64,000 nt of DNA from assembly GCA_965645245.1 (NCBI GenBank), contig OZ287078.1:1178001-1242000 (forward strand), read 5' to 3'. Position 1 is the stretch's first letter. Each line of letters starts with the position of its first letter. Of this stretch, positions 1 to 11,600 are shown piece by piece. Made by a program: the position numbers and the translations under genes. Under the pieces are notes generated by a model. The model worked only from the letters and a program-made list of their open reading frames with translations. It had not been told where the DNA came from and did no database searches. The stretch comes from Massalongia carnosa (lineage: Eukaryota).

Positions 1-1824
1 GAAAGGCTTTGAACCCTACGGCAACTGGCCCTCCTTTTTCGGATATCTTTTTATCAATTGGAAAAAAGACAATCCTTGACGAAGCGGAAGCCGCCGCGGA
101 ACATCCGTTTCAATTTCTGGAGCTACGGATCGATGAAGAGCTTGCTGACCGAGGGCAGACACTCTACGAAGCTATCGATGACCATTTATGGGCTGGTCAG
201 ACCGAGAGCAGCGAGGAGCACGTATACCTTGAGAAAGTTGCAGATGTGCTTGTTATCGAGGCTAAACGGGTGAAAGAATCTGACTCAGGACTTGGCATAA
301 GGATTCCAGCTGTGTGGTACTCTGATCGCTACTTGCAGTCATCGATGAAGGAAGCAAAGGAGATGCTCGTGGGAAAAGCTACTGTTCAGAAAGAAATTGA
401 GTGCATTGAAGAAGCAAAGTCCAAGGTAGCAAAAATTCGAACTTCAACTACTGAACCACCGATAGCAGATGGCACCCAGTTGGTGAAATCGGTGACTGCC
501 TATTTCCAAAGGTTGGCATCAAGCAAATATGCCAACGATGAGTTACAGGAAACACCAGGGATCAGCGCTATTTCCCAGCAACACAGTAGATACAGCATTA
601 TTGCTAACGAACTCAAGGCCCTAACGGAAAGGATTGCGCAGAAGCTTAAAGGTGGGGTTCATTCGTTCTAGTGTGTTGAGCTCCGCTGATCAACGACAGA
701 ATTCGATGAATCCAAGGAACTAGCCCGTGAAAAGCTGGAAAAACTCTCAAAACTTTATTCCAAGCCATCAGATGACGTAGATGCGCCCCCCCATCACAAG
801 TACACCCTTCGAGGAGTATGCAGCCTCTCGCATACCATGTATGTGCTGGAAAGGACCAAACCCGATGTTGACAACGATAGCCTTAGCTCCGAAGCGAAGG
901 ACTGGCAATGGTGGAAAATCAGCTACCAAGGCACGGATTCAAAACCTGTTTCGCGCTCTGTGAGTCTGCTACTTCTTGCTTATATTTCTAGTTTCCTTTA
1001 CGCATGCAATATTCAAGGATTGGTTTCCATGGCTGTGGTATCAACGTCATTGCTGATACCAAAATGTAGAAAGTCCGTGAGATCGAGGTCTTGAAAGCCG
1101 CGAAAGATGAATCCAAGACGGCGTTGTTCGTCTACGCAAGCGAGCTTGCAGTCTCGTACGCTGTCGAAGATATGCCAACGCCGCTGCGAGTATGCTGCTA
1201 GCATATTATACATCAGGCCTGTAGAAATCGCTGACCCAACCGTAGAACTTTGTCGGAGCGGATAACTTAAGCTTTGCCGCCGAGCTGGAGAGATCCATGG
1301 AGCCCAAACCTCTTACGCCCACGAAACGCAAGGCCGATGACATCGACAGCGACGACCTGAGTTCGAAGTTCTATAGATCTTCCCCACAACGGAAGGAAAG
1401 CGGGATGCAGCAGCAATCCAGTCGGCCCCAGGACCCCACTTTGCCGGCCTACATCCCTTGGGAATCCGGGCCCTTTGTCCCCTTCTCGCCAACCCGAAGT
1501 CCCACTCACGATATTGATAAAAACCTAGGTGGCAGCTACGATAATGTGATCCCCATCAGCCTTCGGACTCCCAGCCCCGCTCAAGATGCATTCTCCACCA
1601 ACATGCTCGATTCTGACGATAGAAACCCGAGTGGACAACAAGAAATGATGGATCGAGGTGGCCGCATCGCGCTCCCAACGGGAGTGGGAATTGGAATGGC
1701 AATGGCCAACAAAGGTTATTCCTTGGGCAGCTACGTACCTGAGCTCACGATGGATGACCGAGACGATGACGAGGAAATGGAGGACAGCAAGCATGTGGAA
1801 TTTGCGGATGAGGGCCCGAGATGA
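1..1824 (+). CDS. 3' part of a Rup1-like / ubiquitin-interaction-motif protein with a degenerate USP-like C-terminal region (5' truncated by the window)
   Basis: ORFs 9-671, 837-1094 and 1297-1824 join in frame through GT-AG introns ~652-699, 960-1069 and 1190-1245. Segments HKYTLRGV, WWKISY, EVLKAAKDESKTALFVYASE and NFVGADNLSFAAEL resemble this fungal family. Family assignment is from recall. Confidence 0.55.
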
Positions 1825-2178
1825 TGATCCATGAGACAGCGGTCGAGTCCCGGGCTAGTTACAGCTACGTTTGTTCGGGGTTTTGTAACGGGCAGTTGTG
1901 GAGAATTCAATAAGTCTCACTTCTCGGCCTTTTTACTGCGAGAAGCTACTCTAGGGTTTAGGTAGGAGGGGAGTGTAGAATGGGTGTTACTCGATAAAAG
2001 AAGGTTGGAGATGCAGAAAGTGCGGATTACTAATTATCAAGGATGTCGCGAGAACACTATATGTACAACAGCCTCACAGCATGAGAGACAAAAATCACTC
2101 ATCCATCCATCCATCCATTTCCCCGGTCCATATCCAACGACTCCTTTTCCAATCATCCCTTTTTGAGCAGGCAACTAT

Positions 2179-3240
2179 TTATTTCGCTCCGGCCTTTTCA
2201 TCCTCCTTCTCTTTCTTTTTCTCTTCCTTTTCTTTCTTCTTCATCTCCTCCTTCTCCTTCTTTAACTTGGCTTTCTTTTCCTTCTTCTCCTCCTCCGCCT
2301 TTTCCCGCGCCTCTCTCTCGGCCTCGTCAGCCGCGCGCTCGGCGTCTTTCAACTCCTGCTTGCGCTGCTGCTCTTGCTCTTTCAGCGCCTGCAAGGCCTC
2401 CTTTTCCGTGTCCTTGACTTCTTTTTCTTTCTTCTCAGCTTCCGATTTCCAGTCCTCAAAATTTTGCTCCGCCTCTTGCTTGGCTTCCTTTTCCGTTTTC
2501 TTGGCATCCTTCTTGGCGGCTTCCTCGGTCTCTTTCGCCGCCTCCATCACTTTATTTTCTACCTTTTTTTCTTTCTCCTCGGCCTCATCCTTCTCTTTCT
2601 TGGCCTTGGCGGCCTTCTCTTGCTCCGCTTTCTCGGCGGCCAACTGCTGCTTCGACTTCTGCGGATGATCACGATCGTTTCCTGTCAGCTTTTCCGAGAT
2701 TTTGTCCCCAGCTAACGCGGACCCGGCGGTTACGATTCCCTGAAGCGCCCCGGCTGTCATCCTTCCTGCGGTCGAAGACTGGCGTCGCATAATCCTTGAA
2801 TGGGCGAGGTGTGATTTGTGCTTGTGGCCGACTCCGTTATGGCTGTGTTCGACATGAAGGATGGAAGGACGGACTTCGACCTCAGTTGGCTCGAGGATTT
2901 CGCTGATGGCTTTGTTTATGCCTCTAGCCTTGGCGGTGGGTTTAGAAGAGTCTTCTTGGTGAGAATGGTTGTGAGGATGTCGATGATGAGAATGGTGTTG
3001 ACCGTGGGATGTAGGTATCAAAGAAGGGCGGCCATTTGCTGGAACGGGGATATGATCAATATCGGATTGAATAGGTTGTGGAACACCGGGGATCGGTAGC
3101 AACGGGAGAGTGGTGTTGACACCAGGCAACTCCGGATGGTCCCATTCAATAAATTTCGGTGCGGCGACCGGGGAGGGTGCAGCGATAGAGACTACGATGC
3201 CGAGTATGGCGCAGAGCGCGAAGGACCGAATGAGTGCCAT
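2179..3240 (-). CDS. Orphan secreted protein, His-rich pro-region and long Lys/Glu-rich charged C-terminus
   Basis: Single 353-aa ORF. Hydrophobic N-terminus MALIRSFALCAILGIVVSIAAP, His tracts (SHGQHHSHHRHPHNHSH), dibasic RR site, ~160-aa K/E/A coiled-coil-like tail. Confidence 0.7.
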   Translation of the reverse strand: MALIRSFALCAILGIVVSIAAPSPVAAPKFIEWDHPELPGVNTTLPLLPIPGVPQPIQSDIDHIPVPANGRPSLIPTSHGQHHSHHRHPHNHSHQEDSSKPTAKARGINKAISEILEPTEVEVRPSILHVEHSHNGVGHKHKSHLAHSRIMRRQSSTAGRMTAGALQGIVTAGSALAGDKISEKLTGNDRDHPQKSKQQLAAEKAEQEKAAKAKKEKDEAEEKEKKVENKVMEAAKETEEAAKKDAKKTEKEAKQEAEQNFEDWKSEAEKKEKEVKDTEKEALQALKEQEQQRKQELKDAERAADEAEREAREKAEEEKKEKKAKLKKEKEEMKKKEKEEKKKEKEDEKAGAK

Positions 3241-4432
3241 GCTGATTCAGGAAAACCTATGATGTCTGCTGAGCTGCTCATAGAAATGTTCAGTATGATT
3301 GATGGAGATGGAGATGAAGAGAGACGGTACGCAGAGGAGTGAATTATTCCACCCAGGTTTATAGCTAAATGATGGTTCAGATTATGTAGTTGGGCGCATT
3401 TAGGTTCTAAAAACAGAAATCCGGAGAGTATCCTCGAGCGAAGAGAGAAAGCGGTGCAGCAAACGATTATTGTATCTTATCGATTTTTCACATGTCAGGT
3501 CTATTAAATTAGCTTCTCAATGAAATTTCTCCGGGCCTATGACCCTCTTCCATATCAACATCATTTTTACCAAGCATGTGCCTATGGGGCGAGAGTTCAA
3601 AAATCCAAGAACTCGATCCTAGCCTGAAGATGACAATAAGGTCATTTGAGCGCAAGCTCAATTGGTCGGGATCTGTGCCGAACAAGGCTTGATCACGAAC
3701 TGCTTCGTGGTTGGAGCCAGAGACTGGTCGATTTCGGAAAGCATACCTCTCAAACGAGAACTGGAGTAGATAGCATGGGCTAGAGCCTTGGGTTTCTGGA
3801 AAATCCAGAAAAAATTTTGCATGTGCGAGATCCAGGGGAGGGAAGGGTTTTTTCTTGTAGGCTCTCTCCATGGGAAGATTTCCCAGTGGTCTACTCGCTT
3901 GGAATTGGTTGAAATTTTGCCATTCATATCCCCGTCGGCTGTTGGGGGCTCAACCCTGTGCTCTACATCTTGAGGCTACTGGAGTTTTGGGGGTAACGGC
4001 AATGGATACTAAGGTGAAGGGTTTTTTAGGGGGAAAGGGGCGCTAGTTAGGAAAGATTGCCTTGGATTGTCATCTAATGGTACTCTTTGCCCTCTCTACT
4101 ATGGTATCCAGCGATTTTGTTGTTAATAAGGTATGCAATGGTTTATTACCTACCCTCTCACACCATAGCGGTTTGTCCAGTCATAAGAATTCTTCTAAGC
4201 ATCTTAGCCACAGATCTTTTAACAAATATTCTGTAAAAGCAAGTGAAAACTAGGGTTGCCTATTCGGGTAAATGATTCGCCGTCTTGCCTTAGCACGCGG
4301 GTGAAAAAAAAAGGGCAAGGTGAGCCGAAATTCCACCAAAACTTACCCTTTTCTTCCCTTTTTTCTTCCCCATCTTCTTCCCCATTCAACATTTCAATTC
4401 GTATGACCATTAAAATTCTACATACATTCTAT

Positions 4433-5527
4433 TCAATAGCCAGTCATCGCCCCCTCAGCCCTAATTACCTCTTCCAATCGTTTGGGCATTGATCGAACTC
4501 TTTCATTGATGAATTCCTGCGTCACCCGTTCCCATCCATCCCTAATCAGCTGCTTCAAGCTGACATCGTCCCAATGAGGATACTTTCGAACATGCTGCTT
4601 CGCTGGCTGCTAGCAATTTTCTATAGGGGACAAATCAGGTGATGAGGCACAATTGAAATAATGCTCTAAATGAAGATCTTCCTTCCATTTCTTGACGGCA
4701 TTTCTTGTCTTGCCCGTGCCATGACCAGAGTCTCCATCTTCTTCAAGTACGAAGTCATCCCCACGCTCCAGCCAGGGCTTGACGACGGGGTCAAGAACGG
4801 ATTCAATATACACCTGATGAGTCATTTTACCATTGCTGTTGCCCGGCACGTCATAAAAGATAATATCCGACTTGAAATTGTAGCCAATTGCAGCCCAGCA
4901 ATGTTTTCGTTTTCGATCTTTCTCAGGAGGCGGGTCACGATGCTGTATGCAATCCCAACGATATCGTGTTCCGGGCTGACGAATGATTCATAACTGTCCT
5001 TCCGGCCCATATCCAAAATGAATCTCATCACTAAATCGTACGCGATCCCATTGCTCCGGTTTGGGATATCTGGTCAGCATCATGTGAGCAAATTCGACCC
5101 GTCTTTCCATAGGTGGGTCGGCCAGCCATCCCTTGACGCAGGCCAGACATTTCTCATAGTTTAGAGCAGCCGACATAACATTGTGCATTGTACGACCGAC
5201 AACGTCGGCCCCAATCTCCATAGCCAATTGTTCCCATGTGTATCGTTTTCCTTCCAACTGTAGCCCCTCATCTTGTAGAATGTGATCTGCCTCCTGTATT
5301 TGTGCTTCCGTGACTTTTGATTTGCGACCGCGTGTCTCAACGAGCGTTGAATGATGTCTTCCTCTAGAAGATGCTCCGTTTCGAATGATCTTATAGCCCT
5401 GTCTCTCGCTTCGAATGCCAAAATGCTGAAAAATCTCTCGAGGATCGATGGAAATGCCTTTTACAAGAAAAAATTCATAAGCTCCCTACACCTTGGCCTT
5501 TTGAGGTGTATCGTAGTGGGATGGCAT
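4433..5527 (-). pseudogene. Tc1-like DDE transposase pseudogene
   Basis: Reconstructed MPSHYDTPQKAKV*... to ...EGAMTGY* with FSDEIHF, LEEDGDSGHG and SSPDLSPIENC motifs. In-frame stops at 5486-5488, 4988-4990 and 4610-4612, and a frameshift near 5470. Confidence 0.9.
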
Positions 5528-5649
5528 TTGAAATGTTGAATGAGGAAGAAGATGGGGAAGAAAAAGGGGAAGAAAAAGGGGAAGAAAAAGGGGAAGAAAA
5601 GGGGTAAGTTTTGGTAGGGGAGTTTCGGCTCACCTTGCCCTTTTTTTTT

Positions 5650-8251
5650 GGGTACTGATATATGCCCATCCGCTACCTAGACACACCCTCTCCGGCTACA
5701 CCCCTTCCGGCTATAAAAAATTCTAGGGGTAGGGCTGGACCCCTCCCTAAACCTCATTAGGAAGCCATCTTCCTCGATCAGAATAAGTGACGTAAATTCT
5801 TCATTTTCTCATCTCAATTTTCAGTTTCCTGATCCTACATTCTGGATCAATCATGCCTCTATTACCTCCCGCCGACGGGCAGTCTTTCGAAACTCTAGAA
5901 GACTGTCTATTCTGGATACGCCGTTGTCCTACATCGTACCAAGAAATCAAAGCTGGGAATTCGTCGAAAAGCGTGGATCATCTGCGATCGAGGTCGCAAG
6001 GCCAGACCGCAAGGCGAAGAACGACGTCACAGTAGCAGTAGACGAATTGAGTGTCCCTTTTCCTGCATCGCTACCTTCGTGAACGACGTCGCCTGGCATT
6101 TGGAAGTAGTCAAACCGGAACATAATCATGAAGCTAGCTTGAGTGGAGTACATCCCGCGCATCGAAGAATCGCCTTGATCGAGCATAAGGAGGAGATTTC
6201 TCGTCAATTGACTATACAAACCAAACCGGCCAACGTGCTGTTGAGTCTTCGTATTGGAGCTCCGACTCCGAATTCGGTCAGATGGGATGAGAATGGCAAT
6301 CCTGAAGTCGTCAATCCGATGTTTATCAGTCGAGACATCTACAACTTTCGGGCTCAATTGCGACGAAATGCTTTGTGCTCATTGACTCCGATACAGAGTC
6401 TGATCCAGGAGTTTGACAAGGGCGACTGGGTATACGAGTTGCAGACAAATGATGAGAATCAGGTGAGTTTGACAAGGACAGGACAACTGAAGTTGCAGAC
6501 TAATGATGAGAACCAATCAGATCGGCAAACTTTTTTTCAGTAAATGCAGTACTCAGACTCTTTTGAAGGCAAATCCGGAAGTTTTAGTGATGGATTGCAC
6601 CTACAAAACCAACAGATTCAAAATGCCTTTGTTGATCATCGGCGGACAGACCGCATTGCATACTACGTTTTATGTCGCCTTCTGCTTCATGCATGAGGAG
6701 ACAAATGAGTCTTACATCTGGGCCATGACTCGTTTGAAAGTCTTGTACTCGCAGCTAGAACTTCCTTCTCCAACGACGACAGTCACCGACATGGATAGAG
6801 GTTTGATGTCGGCAATTGAGCTGATTTTTCCATCTACCAGTCATTTATTGTGTATCTGGCACATCAATAAGAATGTCCTAGCTCATTGCAAGAAATCATT
6901 CAGTACTGAGGCATGGGAAGTCTTTTACGGACGATGGAAATCACTTATTAAGGCTGATTCCGAGCCGAATTTTGAAGAGATGTGGGGACAGTTTCGAATC
7001 ACATACAATCGTACACATGCTGATTTGGTGAAGTTTCTTAATGCCACCTACATTTATTTTCGTCAGAGATTTGTAAAGTGCTGGACTGACCGAGTGAGGC
7101 ATTTCGAGACAACAACTACTTCGCGAGGTGAGGGCGGACATGCTGTATTGAAAAGGCAGCTGGGAACCTCCAATGGTGACTTAAAAGCAGTCGTAGATGG
7201 CGTCGCCTTGCTACTAACCAATGAGCTTCATAATCACCTCATCGCCATCAATTTGGCTAAGGATCGCTATCCTACCGACTTACGCAAACCGATTTTCCAA
7301 CGTTTGGCGAGTCGGGTCACCCCGTTTGCACTTCGAAAAATTCTTGGTCAGTACAATTTGTTGGTTGATCAACCAACGGCGATCAGGGCCTGCACCGAGG
7401 TCTTTACTACTGTCACCGGCCTGCCCTGTAGTCACAGAATTCAGAAACGACTGTACGATGACGGTGTTTTGTTGTTGGAGGATGTCCATCCTCATTGGAG
7501 GTTGGTTTTGATCAAACATTGTTGAATTCAACTAATACTAAATCTAGATTTGAAAGAGACCTTCCAGCTGATGATAATGATCCCTTGCTGGCGGTGCAGG
7601 ATCCCGCTGTCGTGCGACCTCGCGGACGCCCTCGAGGTTCCGAAAACAGAAGACAACAAGTCTTTGAAGCTTCCACCCTGCGAGAACCTTCCTTATTCGA
7701 ACGGATTGAGGCGGAAATAGCTGATCTACAAGGCGGGGAGGTGGCTCCGGACGTGGAAGCTGTCGTACATCGAGCTGATCCAGCTCCAGGGCGGGGAAGA
7801 GGGCGGAAACGCGGGCGAGGACGCGGGCGGGGGGTACGAGCACGAGGACAGGGACAGGGACAGCGACAGGAATTAGGACAGGGACAGGAACAGGGACGGG
7901 GAAGAGGGCGGAGACGAGGTAGGGCATCTCGGGCAAGGGGCGCTGCTACAAATCAAGAAGGGGCGATACCGAATGAGGTTTGGTGGCATGAAATCAGAGT
8001 CTGATTCATGAAGATGATGCCAATCGACTCCATTTCATCAAGGCAATTGCTGTCCATGAGAGATGTGCACATACTTTTCATTTCAAATTTTGAACGTGGG
8101 CGAAAATTTTCAGTCGCTGAGGTTTAGGGAGGGGTCCAGCCCTACCCTAGAATTTTTTGTGTGGGGTGTCTAGATAGCCGGAAGGGGTGTGTCTAGGTAG
8201 CCGGAGAGGGTGTGTCTAGGTAGCGGATGGGGTGTCCATATATCAGTACCC
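5650..8251 (+). mobile_element. Mutator-like (MULE) DNA transposon, 2602 bp, 9-bp TSD TTTTTTTTT
   Basis: Ends GGGTACTGATATATG (5650) and CATATATCAGTACCC (8251). Imperfect TIRs of ~105-135 bp with internal CCGGCTACCTAGACACACCC-type subrepeats. T9 on both sides (5641-5649, 8252-8260). Confidence 0.93.
5853..8004 (+). pseudogene. MULE transposase (FAR1-like DNA-binding region, DDE domain, C-terminal AT-hook/RG tail), frameshifted near its N-terminus
   Basis: Motifs CDRG...CPF...HNH, VMDCTYKTNRFKMPL, VTDMDRGL, HLLCIWHINKNV, TTSRGEGGHAVLK, GLPCSH and RPRGRPRG. Introns 6463-6520 and 7501-7547 restore frame. There is a frameshift or small deletion near 5912. Confidence 0.88.
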
Positions 8252-8680
8252 TTTTTTTTTCACCCGCGTGCTTAGCGGCCGTTGAGGTGGTATCGCTTCA
8301 TAGAGCTAGTCAAGAAGGTTAACGTAAAGAATACAAGGATCTATGGAGTTCTTAGTGGCAACTCCACAGTAAAATCAATATCCGTGTTACCAATGAGACA
8401 ACTTAAATCGTACAATAAGGTTCATAAAACCAGGTGTTTTGAAAAAGCTTGAGTCTTGGCCTATTCCCTTAACAGTCAAGCTTATCTACCAAGTAAATTA
8501 CTGGACGGTATTCCTAAAATCCTGGCCTCTGACTCAAATGTACTGATAGTTTTCCTCCGCCCATGATTTCGTTTCATTGATCTATTGGAAAAATCCGCAT
8601 AATGTATCAATATTTCGTGTGTAAGTTCTATTAGGAGCAGCCACTTTTAGCTTATCATTACTCTGTACAGGCAATTGAGC

Positions 8681-11600
8681 ATGCTATACGAAGCTAATTC
8701 GCAGTGGTCCCTTCTTCCCGAGAACAGCCGGTCTTCACTTCTTGGGCCAGACTATCTGCAAGCAGCAGTTAAGGGTGAGAAAACCCAGCCACTATGCGGT
8801 AATCATGAGGGATGGGGCCCGATGAGCCCGTACAGATATGACTTCACACCTTGCTTCCTTGACGTGTGGATTACGGTGGTGGCAGTGTTTGGGATCGTGT
8901 TGGGTGCTGGGGCAATATGGTACTTGATCAAAAAGAGAACACCCTCTCCGGTCAGTAAGAACTGGCACTTTTACACGAAGCTAGTCATCATCGTGGCCTT
9001 GATCGGGGCTACGGCACTTCAAGCTTGTCTGCAAATCGCGGCGCTGCCTGGCATTTGGTATGGGGATTTCCGGTTCTGGACGTCCATCGTTGCGCTGTGC
9101 TCGCTTGGTGTCATTGGCACCGTTCAGTACATCGAGCATTGGCGAAGCCGTCAACCCAACGGTGTCGTCCTATTCTACTGGTTGTTTCTTCTGATCGCCT
9201 TTGGCGTGAAGCTGAGATCCCTCATCGCTCAACGGGCCTATCAGCCTCGACCGTCATACTTCATTACGTTCTGTGTGAGCTTTGGCCTTGCTACTTTTGA
9301 GTTTGCGCTAGAATATCTGGTTCCCAAGAAGCAGTCGGCTTATGACGCCCTTGGGGACGAAGATGAATGTCCCATGGAGTACGCAGATGTCTTCAGCATC
9401 CTCACGTTCAGCTGGATGACTCCGATGATGAAGTATGGATACAAGGAATATTTGACGCAAGATGATTTATGGAATCTTAGGAAAAGGGATACTACCAAAA
9501 CTACCGGTAGCGTCTTGGAGGACGCTTGGGCGGTGGAACTGGAAAAGAAGCACCCATCGCTCTGGATGGCTATGTTTCGAGCCTTTCCAGGACCGTATCT
9601 TCGAGGTTCGGTGATCAAGACCATTAGCGACGCCTTGGCATTCCTACAGCCGCAGTTGCTTCGGCTGTTGATTTCGTTTATCGGCTCGTACCGTGGAGAT
9701 AATTCAAGGCCTCAGCCTGTCATCAGAGGTGCAGCAATAGCCCTGGCCATGTTTGCCGTGTCAGTCTCACAGACCGTTTGTCTACATCAATATTTCCAGC
9801 GAGCCTTTGAAACTGGAATGCGAATCAAATCCGCCCTGACCGCCATGATCTATGCCAAATCTATGAAACTGTCAAACGAAGGTCGAGCTTCGAAGTCAAC
9901 AGGGGATATAGTCAACTATATGGCTGTGGACACGCAACGATTGCAAGATCTGACTCAATTTGCGCAAATGCTTTGGTCTGCCCCGTTCCAGATACTTTTA
10001 TGTATGGTTTCATTGTACCAGCTGGTTGGCTGGAGCATGTTGGCTGGTGTTGGAGCGATGATTCTTATGATACCTATCAATGGTATCATCGCGAGGATTA
10101 TGAAATCGCTACAGAAGACCCAAATGAAGAACAAGGACACGAGAACACGGCTCATGACCGAGATTCTTAACAACATGAAAAGCATTAAATTGTTCGCTTG
10201 GTCACAAGCATTCATGAACAAGCTTAACTATGTACGCAATGATCAGGAACTCAAGACTCTTCGCAAGATTGGGGCTGCACAAGCTCTAGCAAACTTTACA
10301 TGGTCAACAACACCATTCCTAGTTTCGTGCGCTACCTTTGCCGTTTTTGTTTTTACTACAGATAGGCCTTTGTCTACAGAAATTGTGTTTCCTGCGCTGA
10401 CTCTTTTCAATATGTTGACATTCCCATTGGCTGTCCTTCCCATGGTCATCACATCGATCATCGAGGCATCAGTTGCTGTTGGACGTCTTACGAGCTTCTT
10501 CACCGCTGAGGAGCTCCAAGCTGATGCGATAATTATCGAAGATCCTGTGAAACAGAACGGAGATATTGCATTACGAGTTCGTGATGCTACGTTCACCTGG
10601 GACCGCAAGGAGAGTCGTAAATGCTTGGAGAATATCAACTTCGAAGCCCGCAAGGGAGAGCTTAGCTGCGTGGTTGGACGGGTTGGATCTGGCAAATCGT
10701 CTCTATTACAAGCAATCCTAGGGGATGTCTGGAAGATCAATGGCGAAGTCGTGGTACATGGAAAGACTGCGTACGTTGCGCAACAATCATGGATCATGAA
10801 TGCCAGTGTCAAAGAGAACATTGTGTTTGGACATCGCTGGGATCCTCACTTTTACGAGCGTACCGTAAATGCCTGTGCTCTTGCAGAGGATTTCAAGACG
10901 CTCCCTGATGGTGATCAGACAGAAGTCGGAGAACGTGGAATCTCCTTGTCAGGAGGACAAAAGGCACGTTTGACTTTAGCAAGAGCTGTCTACGCTCGAG
11001 CTGATGTCTACATACTGGACGATTGTCTCTCTGCTGTGGATCAGCACGTCGGTAGGCACTTGATTGACAATGTGTTCGGTCGGCATGGACTGTTAGCTGG
11101 GAAAGCAAGGATTTTAGCAACAAATTCGATACCAGTCCTGGTGGAAGCCGAATTCGTTACTCTGCTTCGTGATGGGAAAGTGGTCGAGAAAGGCACTTAC
11201 GAGCAGCTGATGGCAATGAAAGGCGAGATCGCCACCTTAATTCGAACCGCCAACAATGAAGAAGAAGAGTCACCGTCGTCAAGTGGAGGGGAAAGTAAGG
11301 AGACGAGTAGCTCTGCGAGCGACGAATCATCGACAATTATTGGCCCTGATGATGACATACAGGAAGGAATTGGCCAATTCTCCCCAATTCAACCCAGAAA
11401 GATTACCAATGCACGTAAGGCAAGTGAGGTGACATTGCGGCGTGCAAGCACGGCATCGTTTAAAGAACCTCGCGGTAAGGGAACAGATGAGGAAGGAGAG
11501 GGTGGAAAATCAAAACAAAGCAAGGAGTTCTCTGAGCAGGGCAGGGTGAAGTGGGATGTGTACGGAGAATATGCCAAGACAAGTAACCTAGTTGCGGTGG

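Larger units (their letters stand above)
4294..8270 (-). mobile_element. Tc1/IS630-superfamily DNA transposon whose right TIR is split by a MULE insertion
   Basis: The left TIR CACGCGGGTG-A9-GGGCAAGGTGAGCCGAAA... (4294-~4397) is the reverse complement of 5529-5649 plus 8261-8270 (CACCCGCGTG). Both ends are flanked by CTTAG (4289-4293, 8271-8275). A transposase pseudogene lies inside. Confidence 0.92.

Noticed and set aside
2081..2715. Long Phe/Ser/Leu-rich plus-strand ORFs
   Set aside because: Antisense shadows of the KE-rich minus-strand gene.
3509..4150. 120-aa minus-strand ORF and broken frames next to the transposon
   Set aside because: No recognisable motif and the upstream frame is interrupted, so no call can be supported.
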